Below are positions 1-10,155 of a DNA stretch of 38,581 nt, in pieces (the first letter of the stretch is position 1; each line of letters starts with the position of its first letter). A model generated the notes under the pieces. That model searched no databases and was not told the DNA's origin. It saw only the letters and a program-made list of their open reading frames with translations. Made by a program: the position numbers and the translations under genes. Source of the DNA: Conidiobolus incongruus B7586 (lineage: Eukaryota). The DNA lies in contig JNEM01008457.1 in NCBI GenBank assembly GCA_000697335.1, positions 1 through 38,581 on the forward strand. The letters are read 5' to 3'.

Positions 1-225
1 AATTAGAAGAGTGACAGTTGAAATTGGTCTTCTAGATTTTGGCAAGTTTTGGGTAGTTTCTCTCCCAGCCTTAAAGTAATTTACCCAGCAATAAATTGTT
101 GATTTAGATAATGCTTCATTACCAAAAGCTGTTTGTAAATTTTGAATGATTTTAGAGGGTTTGTGGTTAAGTTTTACTGATACTAAAATAAAAGACTTTT
201 GATGGTCACTATTTGGTTTAAGCAT
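1..225 (-). mobile_element. Tc1/mariner (Mos1/SETMAR-type) transposase, N-terminal HTH region; runs off the left edge of the window
   Basis: ATG at 225 on the - strand opens 75 stop-free codons: MLKPNSDHQKSFILVSVKLNHKPSKIIQNLQTAFGNEALSKSTIYCWVNYFKAGRETTQNLPKSRRPISTV. This fits the mariner HTH pattern I..L...(Y/F)G..ALS..T(V/I)..W...FK.G......RSGRP. It is absent from the ORF track. Confidence 0.8.
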
Positions 226-279
226 GATTAAATTAAACAACTAATTTTAAAAAATTCATTTTTTAATCAAAAAAATTAT

Positions 280-303
280 TATATATATATATATATATAT
301 ATA
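280..303. repeat. (TA)n microsatellite
   Basis: About 12 uninterrupted TA units, read directly. Confidence 0.95.
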
Positions 304-2504
304 ATTCAAAACTATTTATTTTCCTATTTGTTTTGTATATATTTGCTTATTTGAAACTAATAATATGTTTGAAAAATCGGAAATTAAAAAATTTCCCATT
401 TCTTCAATTCCATGGTAATAGTAATTATGCTATTATTATTATTATCAAAAACACAATTAATTAATTTTTCACCCAATTTTACATATTACATGAATATTAA
501 CGTCAAAATAAAAGCACTATGTTTTATTTCTAGAGATCCAAATGAGATAATTGTATAATTATAAATTGTTAATAGTTATAGTAAAGGCTTGAAATTGTAA
601 TTATTTTTAATACAATATTCAAGATCATTTGATAAAATTGACAAGTTCAATTATATAAATTACAAAATATGTTCAGGAATATTTAAGTCCAAATTAGAAT
701 TTAAAAATGATGTATATTGATTATGTAATGTTCTATTTAATAATATATGATAAGCGTTAAATGTTGTAATTGAAACTGTTATTTGCGAAAGATAATTTAT
801 AATTTATATACATATCGATCACGGATATTAAGCGATTTGTTTCAAACTTTGATCATATTTTAATCTAACCATAGTCAATTTATATACAAATATTTAGGAT
901 TTTCAGTTTTCAAAATCTGTAAATCTAAATATATAATTAAATTATATTTTTACCGCAATTTGCAACCTAGCTTCCATATTATACTCAAAATTAAATATAA
1001 TTTAAAATAATAAATCATTATAAATCTATATTGAATCTTATTATATTATTAAATTTTGTTGTTATTCAATAATAAAAGTTAAACTACTATATAAATTCGA
1101 CAAATTTAAATCTTAATATTCTAGTGTATTATGAATTCATTATTAATGAATATTTGTAGAAATATACATATCTGTTTGAAAATATATTACATCTTAGGGA
1201 ATTAATATACTTATAACCAATTTTAGTTATAATTAAATACCAATCGTTAAAGATAAAAATGTATTATTTTGTTATAGATATTCATAATTATCCAAAGGAT
1301 TAAAATAAATACTTATACATTCATAAAATAAATGGGTTTGTTAAATGATGAATATTCTTTTGTTTAATTATATATCATTTATTGTATAATGTGAAAAAAC
1401 TATAAAGTCTTAAAACTGAACAATAACTAATTAAATAACGCCATTCATGAGCTTCGAAGAGAATATACTGAATTCTGTAAAAATATAATATCATACTATT
1501 TTTAACATCATATTCATATTTTTTTCGATCCATAACAATATAATTTTGATTTAATACAAAACAAACCTAGATCCATTTATTAAATTTGGTTAAGTTTTAT
1601 ATTTTACAGGATTAATACTATTTACATTTAGTTTAAAGAATATTATTGGCCGATTAAGCGTCATTGAATCAAGTACTTTGTTGATTTTTATATTGTTATT
1701 AAGTGTTTTTAAATATAAGTAAAAATAATACAGTATTAATATATACATATATATTTGCTTTTGACAAATCATACTGTCTTTGATATTGTAATAGCCATTA
1801 AGTCTTTGATTAATATGGGACTATGCATTATATGATTATAATAACATATACGAATTATTGAACATTTCAGGAAAATAAATATCATGGATTTCGATTTATT
1901 GAATCATGTCACATATTTGAATGTGGCTAAATATTTTATTGATTTGTATATTTTTTGAGACAATCAAAACATATCCATTGACCAATAGAAATTTTCAAAA
2001 TATAGTAATTGATTATACATTATAATAATTATTTAAAGCTTTATGTGTTAATATTAAAGTGATGAATTGAATATAATATTAAAGTATTAGAAAAGAGAAT
2101 AATTTCAGCAGATCTTCAACCAATCAAATTACTCCTCAGCCATATATTAAAGTTGGTAAGGATCAGCATTGGATGTAATAACTAATTCCATTTTAAATCT
2201 TCTGAAATGTCCAACTTTCCGATATTAAGCTCAATATTAGTTATGTCAAATATAATAATGATAATAATAAGTATCGCATCTCTGGATTAGGAAAAATATC
2301 ATACCAACTATTGAAAAATTACTTAATCAGGTACAGAGTTTCAAATCGAGTCTTTTTAGAGAAAATTTATAAAAAGTTAGATGACTCAATAATCTAAGAT
2401 GTGTCATATCATTGTGTTTAGAAATAAATAGGATCATAAATTAATAATATACAAAATCAATCATATTAGTATTATCCAATGATTTCGTTTATATCTTAAT
2501 TGTA

Positions 2505-2525
2505 ATATATATATATATATATATA
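2505..2525. repeat. (AT)n microsatellite upstream of the zinc-finger gene
   Basis: About 10 uninterrupted AT units. Confidence 0.9.
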
Positions 2526-2669
2526 ATGTTCATGATTCTGTCTTCGTTAATGTTCAAATCTTTGATGATTTGTTGAGCTTTATCCAAGTTTTCCTTATAG
2601 CTTTTGAAAAGACTATTATAATTATACATTCTTCTTTGCATTTGTGTTTACTATATTGCCATATTCAAG

Positions 2670-4114
2670 ATGCAAAGTTCATCATCTGATCCATTAGATT
2701 TCTTGGGATTTGGATCTTTGAATCTAGATTCTAATTGTTCTAACGCGGATAATATGAATATAAACAGTTTATTCCCTTCATTGGGAGATCAATGTACCCA
2801 ACCATGGGAACTTGATTTGTATTCTACACCTAAATCTATTTCACCTCATTCCCAGTCAGATGTCAATTCCAATAAAACGAGATTTTCTATGTCTAAAGAG
2901 CTCAGCAGAGACATCTCTCTTGATCAACCATCCACTGTTACATCCACCGACCCCTTAATGTCTTTACTCGATTCCTCAAGTATCATGACCACTGCCACTA
3001 CCAATGCTACATTCCAGAATTACTATCCCACGCCAGACCTATCAAAGCCAAACTGCTCAAGGGTCTCGTGGACAGAATCGCCACTTACAATCCAACCGAA
3101 TCCCATGACACAATCCATCTTCAACACTCCTAGTTATGGGTCTATCTTAGATTATCAATTTGATTCTTATTTGAACCCAGGCATTGATTCAAACTTGAGT
3201 AGCATGACAGATATTCCAGAAGTGTATCCTTATCCAGATCTCATGTCATCCGTAAGTGTGAGTGACAATATGCCTAATCAACCCCCTTTGAATCCATTCT
3301 TCTCTACTTTGAATCCTAATTTCTATAATTTGAATCATATAACAAACCCAACAATGCCTCTCTCTCAAACCCAGACCACTAACTGGTCCAATCCCAATTA
3401 CCAAATGATTAACACATCTCAAGATATGAATAATATCGGATCTGGCAATATTTCACTTACCACATCTCATCCTTTAGTTGTGTCCAACGTTCATATTAAT
3501 CGCCAAAGACCTAAACGAATCCCAAAGCCAAAGAAGCTGGGAGATTACAAATGTGAATACCCTGGATGCGGTAAACTATTTACGCGCCCATATAATCTCA
3601 AAGCCCATGCCAGGATTCATACACTCGAACGTCCATTTGTTTGTGAAGTTTGTAAATACTCGTTCAGCCGACTTCATGATATGAGAAGACACATGAAACT
3701 CCACTCAGGCGTCAAACCTTTTACCTGTCCATACTGTAGCAAATCTTTTGCTCGATTGGGTAAGTTCCGATCCTTTCAATCATTTTTTCAATTGATAAAT
3801 TCAACTTTTATTTAGATGCTATGAATCGGCATATCAAAAAGGATAAATTTACCTGCACTACAGGAATCAAAATGGCTAATCTTGCAAAGAACAAAGCGGA
3901 GAAAGGTAAACGTGGTAGATTAAGTAAAGCTGCATTAAAACAGGAAACACCAGCAGCCATTGCGCCTGCTATTACAAGCACTACTGCAGATGATATTAAT
4001 AATATCATTTCGTCGGTTTCGTTTGATCCAGTCTTGGCTTCAGTAGAAGATTTGGTGAAGCAAGATGCTAAAACTGACTTTGACCAACCCATTTCTCATC
4101 CTTTATTCTCATAG
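2670..4114 (+). CDS. C2H2 zinc-finger transcription factor, Crz1-like finger array (~462 aa, 2 exons)
   Basis: Exons 2670-3759 and 3816-4114; the intron 3760-3815 is GTAAGT...TTTAG. The spliced fingers read YKCEYPGCGKLFTRPYNLKAHARIHTLERPFVCEVCKYSFSRLHDMRRHMKLHSGVKPFTCPYCSKSFARLDAMNRHIKKDKFTC. The FTRxYNLxxH, RxHDxxRH and FARxDAxxRH helices and the terminal C2HC resemble Crz1. The long N-terminus is S/N/P/T-rich. Confidence 0.88.
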
Positions 4115-4358
4115 AATAGTCTTATTGAAATGATGAAATATCTGTATTTAAAGGTATCCATTATTCATATTATCATACTATTGCATATAAATCATTAATA
4201 CATTCCATTTAATTATTAATAAATTTTTAATAATTGCATTAATATTAATTGATAAATGTAGTGAATAAAATAATTTGATTAACAATATACACAAATTTAT
4301 TAAATTTATTAAATTTATCATATATATACATTAACACTATTCGTTAATTTGGACTCTG

Positions 4359-4366
4359 TCCCATAA
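4359..4366 (+). promoter_or_regulatory. TCCCAYAA candidate promoter element (ING gene)
   Basis: TCCCATAA, 71 nt before ATG 4438, sense orientation; recurrent motif. Confidence 0.6.
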
Positions 4367-4437
4367 TTAAATAATTTTCAATTCAACAATTAAATATAAG
4401 TTTGATTTCAGTCACCTGAATTCTAAGTTTATAAAAT

Positions 4438-5435
4438 ATGGAAACGACTGAAGAAAGTAAATAAATGGGCATAACTATTTTTATCCATATACTTAAAATA
4501 TATTAGATATTGAAGAACTCTATCGTACCTTAAAACGAAATTTAAATTTAATGAGAGAATTAGATGATCAAATTGATGGTAAATTATTTAAGAAAAAATG
4601 CATTCAAAATTTTTAATAATTTCTTAGAGCAGTTAATAAGCATTATTAAAGATACTTCAAATTTTTTAAAGGATAAAGATAATAAAAATTTTGAAGATTT
4701 GAAAAATTTTATTAATAAAAATACCGAAATATTGCATAAAATAGATTTGGAAAGTCAAGAAAAATTAAATTTATCAATGCAGTCTTATGAAACAGTAAGA
4801 ATTTTTACTTCCTACATAAATACCTTATTAACTATCAATTTTTATTGTTTATAGACTGACCAATCTATCAACTTTCTGGAAGAGCAAATTGCCAGAGCTG
4901 AAACTTCTATAGTAAATATATATTCCAAGTAAATTTTCCATTATGAAACTAATCCCTTTATTTTTATATAGAAATTAGGTGAAAATAATATAAGTAAGTC
5001 ACCACTTAGAATCAATTATGTGTATAGTTTTTAATTAGTTTATTACTAGTTTCACCCAGTACACCTTTATCCCATCTAACAATGAAGCAGTTACTCACAC
5101 CTAAAGAGATTGTAGCTAGAAAAATGTAACTTAATTATATTCAACTTGTCACTTTATTAATTTTAAGCTGATTTAGATCTCACTCTGCTGAAATTCCTAT
5201 TGATCCAAATGAACCTACATACTGCTATTGTAAAGAAGTCTCTTATGGGGAAATGGTAGCATGTGATGATGATAATGTAATTTATATTTATTTGTATATA
5301 TCAAACATTTTTGTTAACTATTTTATATAGTGTGAGATCGAATGGTTCCATATTAGTTGTGTTAATCTTAAAGCACCTCCTAAAGGCAGTTGGTATTGTA
5401 ATGATTGTTTAGCAAGAAGAAAGCATAGGAAATAA
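4438..5435 (+). CDS. ING (inhibitor of growth) family PHD-finger chromatin protein, Yng2/Pho23/ING4-5-like (~205 aa, 8 exons)
   Basis: Exons 4438-4456, 4507-4578, 4628-4794, 4855-4911, 4972-4993, 5050-5125, 5177-5276, 5331-5435; all introns GT-AG, total 618 nt in frame. N-terminal ING domain [12 protein letters not shown]...[12 protein letters not shown]-terminal [54 protein letters not shown]. Confidence 0.92.
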
Positions 5436-5536
5436 TAAATCAATATTTAAGAACAAAGTCCATTAAATGATATTGCAAAGTGTTTGAATTAAATATATTC
5501 GTAATGCATAGTTGATTAAAAATTAATTTATTCTAT

Positions 5537-6963
5537 TTAATCTAACAAATACTCTAGCAATTTACCAACAACTTTAACATTTAACGAGTTGCCTAATAAT
5601 CTACATTGAACTTTAAATGACAAGTCTTCAGGAAATTTGAATTCTTCAGGAAATCCCATTAACTTGGCAATTTCCATACTATCAAAATATCTATATTTCT
5701 CGCCCTTAGGGATTTTATGTTAAATAATTGACTATAAATCATTTAATTTTTATTTACCTCTTCAGTGTTGATTTTTAATATAGATCCTAAATATTTAATA
5801 ATTAGATATATACGAAAAATTATTTAATCCATTATTTACCTGTAGCTTCTGCATAACTCGAATAACCTTTAGTAAAACAACAAGATCCAGTCGATTCTGG
5901 AGTTACAATATCTAAAATATATTTAAGCATATAAATTAAATTTGTTAAATACACTAAATTTAAATACCATAAACTTGGTAATAACGATCAAAAGTCTAAA
6001 TGGTAAATGAATCGTATTAATATAAAAATTATTTTTCTATTGATTAATAATATTTATACCTTTTGAGGTATTGAACGTAAATCCAACAATTTAGTATTAT
6101 TTAATGAATCTCCCAAGTAATCAAGTAAAGTGGAATTAAAATTATCGGCCAGCTTAAACCATTCAATAACTGATTGATAGCATTCTGGGTCTATTTGAGA
6201 CAAATCATTTGATTCTTTATCTGAGTGAAACAACTGATTATTTAATTGCTGGAATTTAAAATCAGGCAAGTGTTCTCTCTTTGCTAAAAAGTAAAATCTT
6301 AATCTCGAGTTGGGTATACCCAAATGCAATGGATTTAATAAAAATTGCTGAAACTTAAATCCATTCTCTTTGCATGCATTCATTAATAATTCATGAGTTG
6401 GTGAGTTTTCGAACCCTTGAACATTTTCGATTAAGAAATAATTCAAAGATTTTAATTCTGGTAACAGTTTTAAAAAGTTTAAAAATGACTTGGCTCTAGG
6501 ATCTTTATCTGCTAACTGAACTCCAGTTCTAGTATATGGCTGGCATGGTGGTGACATCAAAAATAAATTGGCATTAAATTTGTTGAGTTTTTTGCTTGTA
6601 ATTGAATCTAAATTAGCCTATTGAACATTCAAATCAGTTTTATTAATATCATGATCTAATAAACAATTTAAATAGTTTACCTCACTGACTGGGGTGCTTA
6701 AGTTATATGAATAAACTTTGTTCGCAACTTCGTTAATATCAAAAGCTTGTAAAACTTCGTATTCTTTATTGCAAGCTTTTAAGGCGTAATGCTATTTTAA
6801 TAAAATGTCAATTAAGAGATTTAGATTGAGAATTATTTGAATACCATTCCACCTATAAAATTAAATTACAAAAACTAGGTAAATTTTTAAGTATAGATGT
6901 ATATTTTTTAATATTGTTACCTATTCCACTAAAAAATTCTAAAACTCTATATTCAGTATTCAT
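5537..6963 (-). CDS. DNMT2: tRNA (cytosine-38-C5)-methyltransferase DNMT2/TRDMT1/Pmt1 (~338 aa, 8 exons)
   Basis: Exons on - strand: 6963-6921, 6852-6845, 6791-6681, 6617-6060, 5995-5968, 5911-5840, 5786-5758, 5704-5537; total 1017 nt. Motif I LEFFSGIGGMHYAL, motif IV SPPCQPYTR, motif VI ENV, motif VIII PNSRLRFY, the DNMT2-diagnostic CCFTKGY, and motifs IX/X RYF...EIAKLMGFP...LLGNSLNV. Confidence 0.95.
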
Positions 6964-7040
6964 TTTTGTTATTGGATTAAATAGTATTGATATGATTTTC
7001 GAAATAAATTATTCTTATAAACTGATTTGTATAGTTTTAA

Positions 7041-7048
7041 TTATGGGA
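7041..7048 (-). promoter_or_regulatory. TCCCAYAA candidate promoter element (DNMT2)
   Basis: TTATGGGA on +, which is TCCCATAA on -, 77 nt before ATG 6963. Confidence 0.6.
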
Positions 7049-7411
7049 TATCAAAGAATTTTCAAATCCAATCACTAATAATCAAAAGATATAAATGTCT
7101 TAATTAATCAATAAAACTAAAAAAACATTATTAATTTTTATAGATAAAATAATGTAAACCTTTATAACGCAGTATTTAGCAGAAATATCCAATAGTTTTT
7201 GATAATTTGAATTAACAATAGCATAATAGCATTTTGAGTTCATTATTCAATTAGAACTATAATACTAAGTTAATTTGAATCAAACACTTGAAATATTCAA
7301 AAAGTTATGTGCTATAAAAGATATATAAATCAGGTGATATACATGGAAATTCAATGCTATTATCACTATTTTGTTTTGTATATGCCAAAATGGTAAAATA
7401 GAATTTATTGA

Positions 7412-8420
7412 TTAAACCAAATATAAATTCTTTTTTCTCTGGTTTAATGGTTTGAAGAACAACGTATTGAAATTCTTAGAAGACCTATCAAGGCCAAGAT
7501 GCATAGATTGATTATCATCAATGAATTTTTGAAATATATGCGAGATATTAGTCTGCCTAGAATTTTTTAATTTGCTTTTTAAAAAATAGATTTAATTGAT
7601 CTAAATTTGAGGAATTGGATTTGGAATAAATAGGGACTTAATCAACTCCTGAAAATATATCAGATGCCAATTTGAATTCGTTTTCAATCTAAGACTGGAG
7701 TTTGAAATAGGAACTGGGATTAAAATGAAAAAAACATCTCAGAGTTAATAGACTGTTTATGTAGTTTTGTCTGTTTGGGTTTAGGAATAGTTTTCTTTTG
7801 TGAAGAAGAAATAAAGGTAGCATTGTCTTTTGGAACTTTAATATGAGTGTTTTTGGTCGTTTTGACTCTTGAAATAACCTTATGATGCTGAATTTTAATT
7901 GAAGAGAATGATTTCTTACTAGCTTTTGAATTTGTAGATTAGTTATCTGGATTTGGGATATCAAATATTGAACCATTTTGGGCATGGTTTTCAGTAATTA
8001 CTCAATACTGCAAACTACTATGGACCTGCTTCTTCAGAATAGATATAGATTCTACCTGATTCAATAATTGAGATGAGCTTGATTGGTCTATTTCCTTATT
8101 GATTTGAAATTTAATAACTGATGCATTCGAAATGTAAGCAACATTTATACTAAAATTTTGATCTGAGAATGCATCATCAATGCTAGAATCAGGGTTAGAT
8201 TAAAGTCTATCACCTTTGCGTATATAAGGTTGGTAGTATATTGGATAAATTTTGTTAAGTTTTCCTGGGTATGGTTTGATGTGTATTGAAAATGAGGAGA
8301 TTTAGTAAATAATGTATAACCAATAAGTGATTTATTAAGTTATTGAATAATTTCAAGATACTTATATTAACAACAGATTTTCAAATTCGTGATTATTAGT
8401 TTTCTCTGATTAAAATTCAT
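7412..8420 (-). pseudogene. Probable decayed protein-coding gene of unknown family (Ser/Lys/Gln/Asn-rich)
   Basis: GC is higher than the flanks. One - frame runs about 180 codons (~8223-7687) with only four stops (8202, 8004, 7941, 7722), and coding-like sequence continues after apparent frameshifts. The candidate ATG at 8420 lies 86 nt downstream of a correctly oriented TCCCATAA. Boundaries are approximate. Confidence 0.45.
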
Positions 8421-8506
8421 TTTGGATTAATTGATTTTTAATTGAACTATTTGTGATTATTTACTTCAAGTTATATAACTTTTGTTTCATTCGTTCAAAT
8501 AAATAA

Positions 8507-8514
8507 TTATGGGA
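8507..8514 (-). promoter_or_regulatory. TCCCAYAA candidate promoter element (decayed gene)
   Basis: TTATGGGA on +, 86 nt before the candidate ATG 8420. Confidence 0.45.
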
Positions 8515-8884
8515 TTATAATTCAATTTCATTCTGTTTGTCAAAATTTTCATATTAAATATATGAACCATTATCTAAAAACATCATTTTTCAATATATTG
8601 TATGTTCAAATAATATCAAAAAACTATTTTGTATATAATAATCATACAATTTTTAAAATTTTTGGCACTGATATATTGTAAATCTCAATATATATATAAT
8701 TTGAAAATCCTCCTGGATTATAAATAAAATATGGTAAAGAGCTTATTAATGTAATATAGACTGAGAATGGTAAATTTTTTAATCTAAATAATATTTTTTT
8801 AAATTTTAAAGTTTAATATGATATTACTAAACTGAATTTGCAAATTTTTGATACATCAATTAAATCAAAATCTGATTCAATTTA

Positions 8885-8892
8885 TCCCATAA
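8885..8892 (+). promoter_or_regulatory. TCCCAYAA candidate promoter element (PPR gene)
   Basis: TCCCATAA, 201 nt before ATG 9094. Confidence 0.5.
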
Positions 8893-9093
8893 GAAAATTA
8901 ATTAATGCTTTATTGTTTATTTGAATAACATAACCAATTGAAACTATTGCTACAAAAGTATAATTTTGTAATACAAAAGCTTATTCTCTAATATATATCC
9001 ATCTGATTTAAATTTCAGCTTTTTTAAATAACAATATTATTATTATTATTTGCTTTTGTGATTATTAAATTACTTTCATAATTATATCCAAAA

Positions 9094-10155
9094 ATGATAA
9101 AATCAACGAAATCTCTAATAATATTAAATCAAATCCAAACCAAATCTATACATCAAATAGCATTGGTTCATAGTTCAGCTTTGCCATTAAATATCAAAAA
9201 GAACTTACTTTTATTGAACCAAGCAGATATACTTTCCAGCTTCCGCGAATGGATTCAAAAGGGAGGATCATGTAAAACGGCCCAAGATAGACTCTTTATT
9301 AGCGACCTTATTTACAGCTTTCGCTTCCAAAAGGGTAATAATTTTGAGGTGGATAAAAGCGTCAATACATTATACAATGATATTAAGCAGCTCAACTACC
9401 CATTTACAAGCTCTGATTTTGCTGGTCTGTTAGAGCTATGTGCTATGTCTGCTAATCAACAACTAGCACAGACCATCTTGAATCACATGGGTAAATTAAA
9501 GCTAGACCTAACCCTTCGCCATTATTATGCTTTAGCCAAGCTATTTAACAAGACCAACCAACCTCAGCGAGTGGTTCAGCTGGAACAAGTTTTCAAACAA
9601 AAAGGTCTTTCTCCCGGCAACCAATTCTATTATCAATTAATGCTCGCTTATGGCTCCCTTGGAGATTCTTCACATATTATTCGATGCTTCCATCAATTGA
9701 AAATCCATACTATTGAACCATCTCGCAATCTTTTTGGAGAATATCTAACTGGTTTCTATACTAGCTTATGCAAGGCAAATGACCCAAAGGCCATGAAATT
9801 CTACTTTGAAAAATATCTTTCCAACAACCCCCATGTTCCCCTCACAGTTTTTATCCAACTAATGAAAGTACACCAGAAGGCCAATCAAGTCAATGAAACA
9901 TTTGAATGGTTTAAGAAACTCCAAGAGCCACCTTTCAATTACCAGCCTAACATCAAAGTCTACTCTGTATTACTCTATACAAATCGAGAATACCCTAGTC
10001 TTACTAAGTTTGCAAAAGAAATGCCACCTAATACTTTCTATGAAGCGGTCAATTTAATTCCTTCCGATAGAGTTAGAAATAGGCTGATCAATGCGTATGA
10101 ACAAGAACTAGAAGAGGAGTTTGTAGAAGAGCCTGTTGCTCAGCAAGCAATTTAA
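9094..10155 (+). CDS. Pentatricopeptide-repeat (PPR) protein, probably mitochondrial (353 aa, intronless)
   Basis: Tandem ~35-aa helical units with PPR-like pattern: SDFAGLLELCAMSANQQLAQTILNHMGKLKLDLTL / RHYYALAKLFNKTNQPQRVVQLEQVFKQKGLSPGN / QFYYQLMLAYGSLGDSSHIIRCFHQLKIHTIEPSR and VFIQLMKVHQKANQVNETFEWFKKLQEPPFNYQPN. The N-terminus lacks acidic residues and is rich in K/S/T, like a presequence. Confidence 0.8.
   Translation: MIKSTKSLIILNQIQTKSIHQIALVHSSALPLNIKKNLLLLNQADILSSFREWIQKGGSCKTAQDRLFISDLIYSFRFQKGNNFEVDKSVNTLYNDIKQLNYPFTSSDFAGLLELCAMSANQQLAQTILNHMGKLKLDLTLRHYYALAKLFNKTNQPQRVVQLEQVFKQKGLSPGNQFYYQLMLAYGSLGDSSHIIRCFHQLKIHTIEPSRNLFGEYLTGFYTSLCKANDPKAMKFYFEKYLSNNPHVPLTVFIQLMKVHQKANQVNETFEWFKKLQEPPFNYQPNIKVYSVLLYTNREYPSLTKFAKEMPPNTFYEAVNLIPSDRVRNRLINAYEQELEEEFVEEPVAQQAI

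Noticed and set aside
1590..1772. 60-aa - strand ORF and nearby short hydrophobic frames
   Set aside because: I/N/K/Y/F composition expected from AT-rich non-coding DNA; no motif and no consistent exon chain.
2381..2388. ATGACTCA Gcn4/AP-1-like site upstream of the zinc-finger gene (another TGACTCA near 18608)
   Set aside because: Isolated 7-mers with no positional pattern; compatible with chance.
3478..4092. ORFs 3478-3684(+) and 3808-4092(-)
   Set aside because: Off-frame or antisense shadows of the zinc-finger CDS.
7689..7985. 98-aa ORF as a standalone gene
   Set aside because: L/K/F/Q-rich off-frame reading of the decayed gene region; no recognisable domain.
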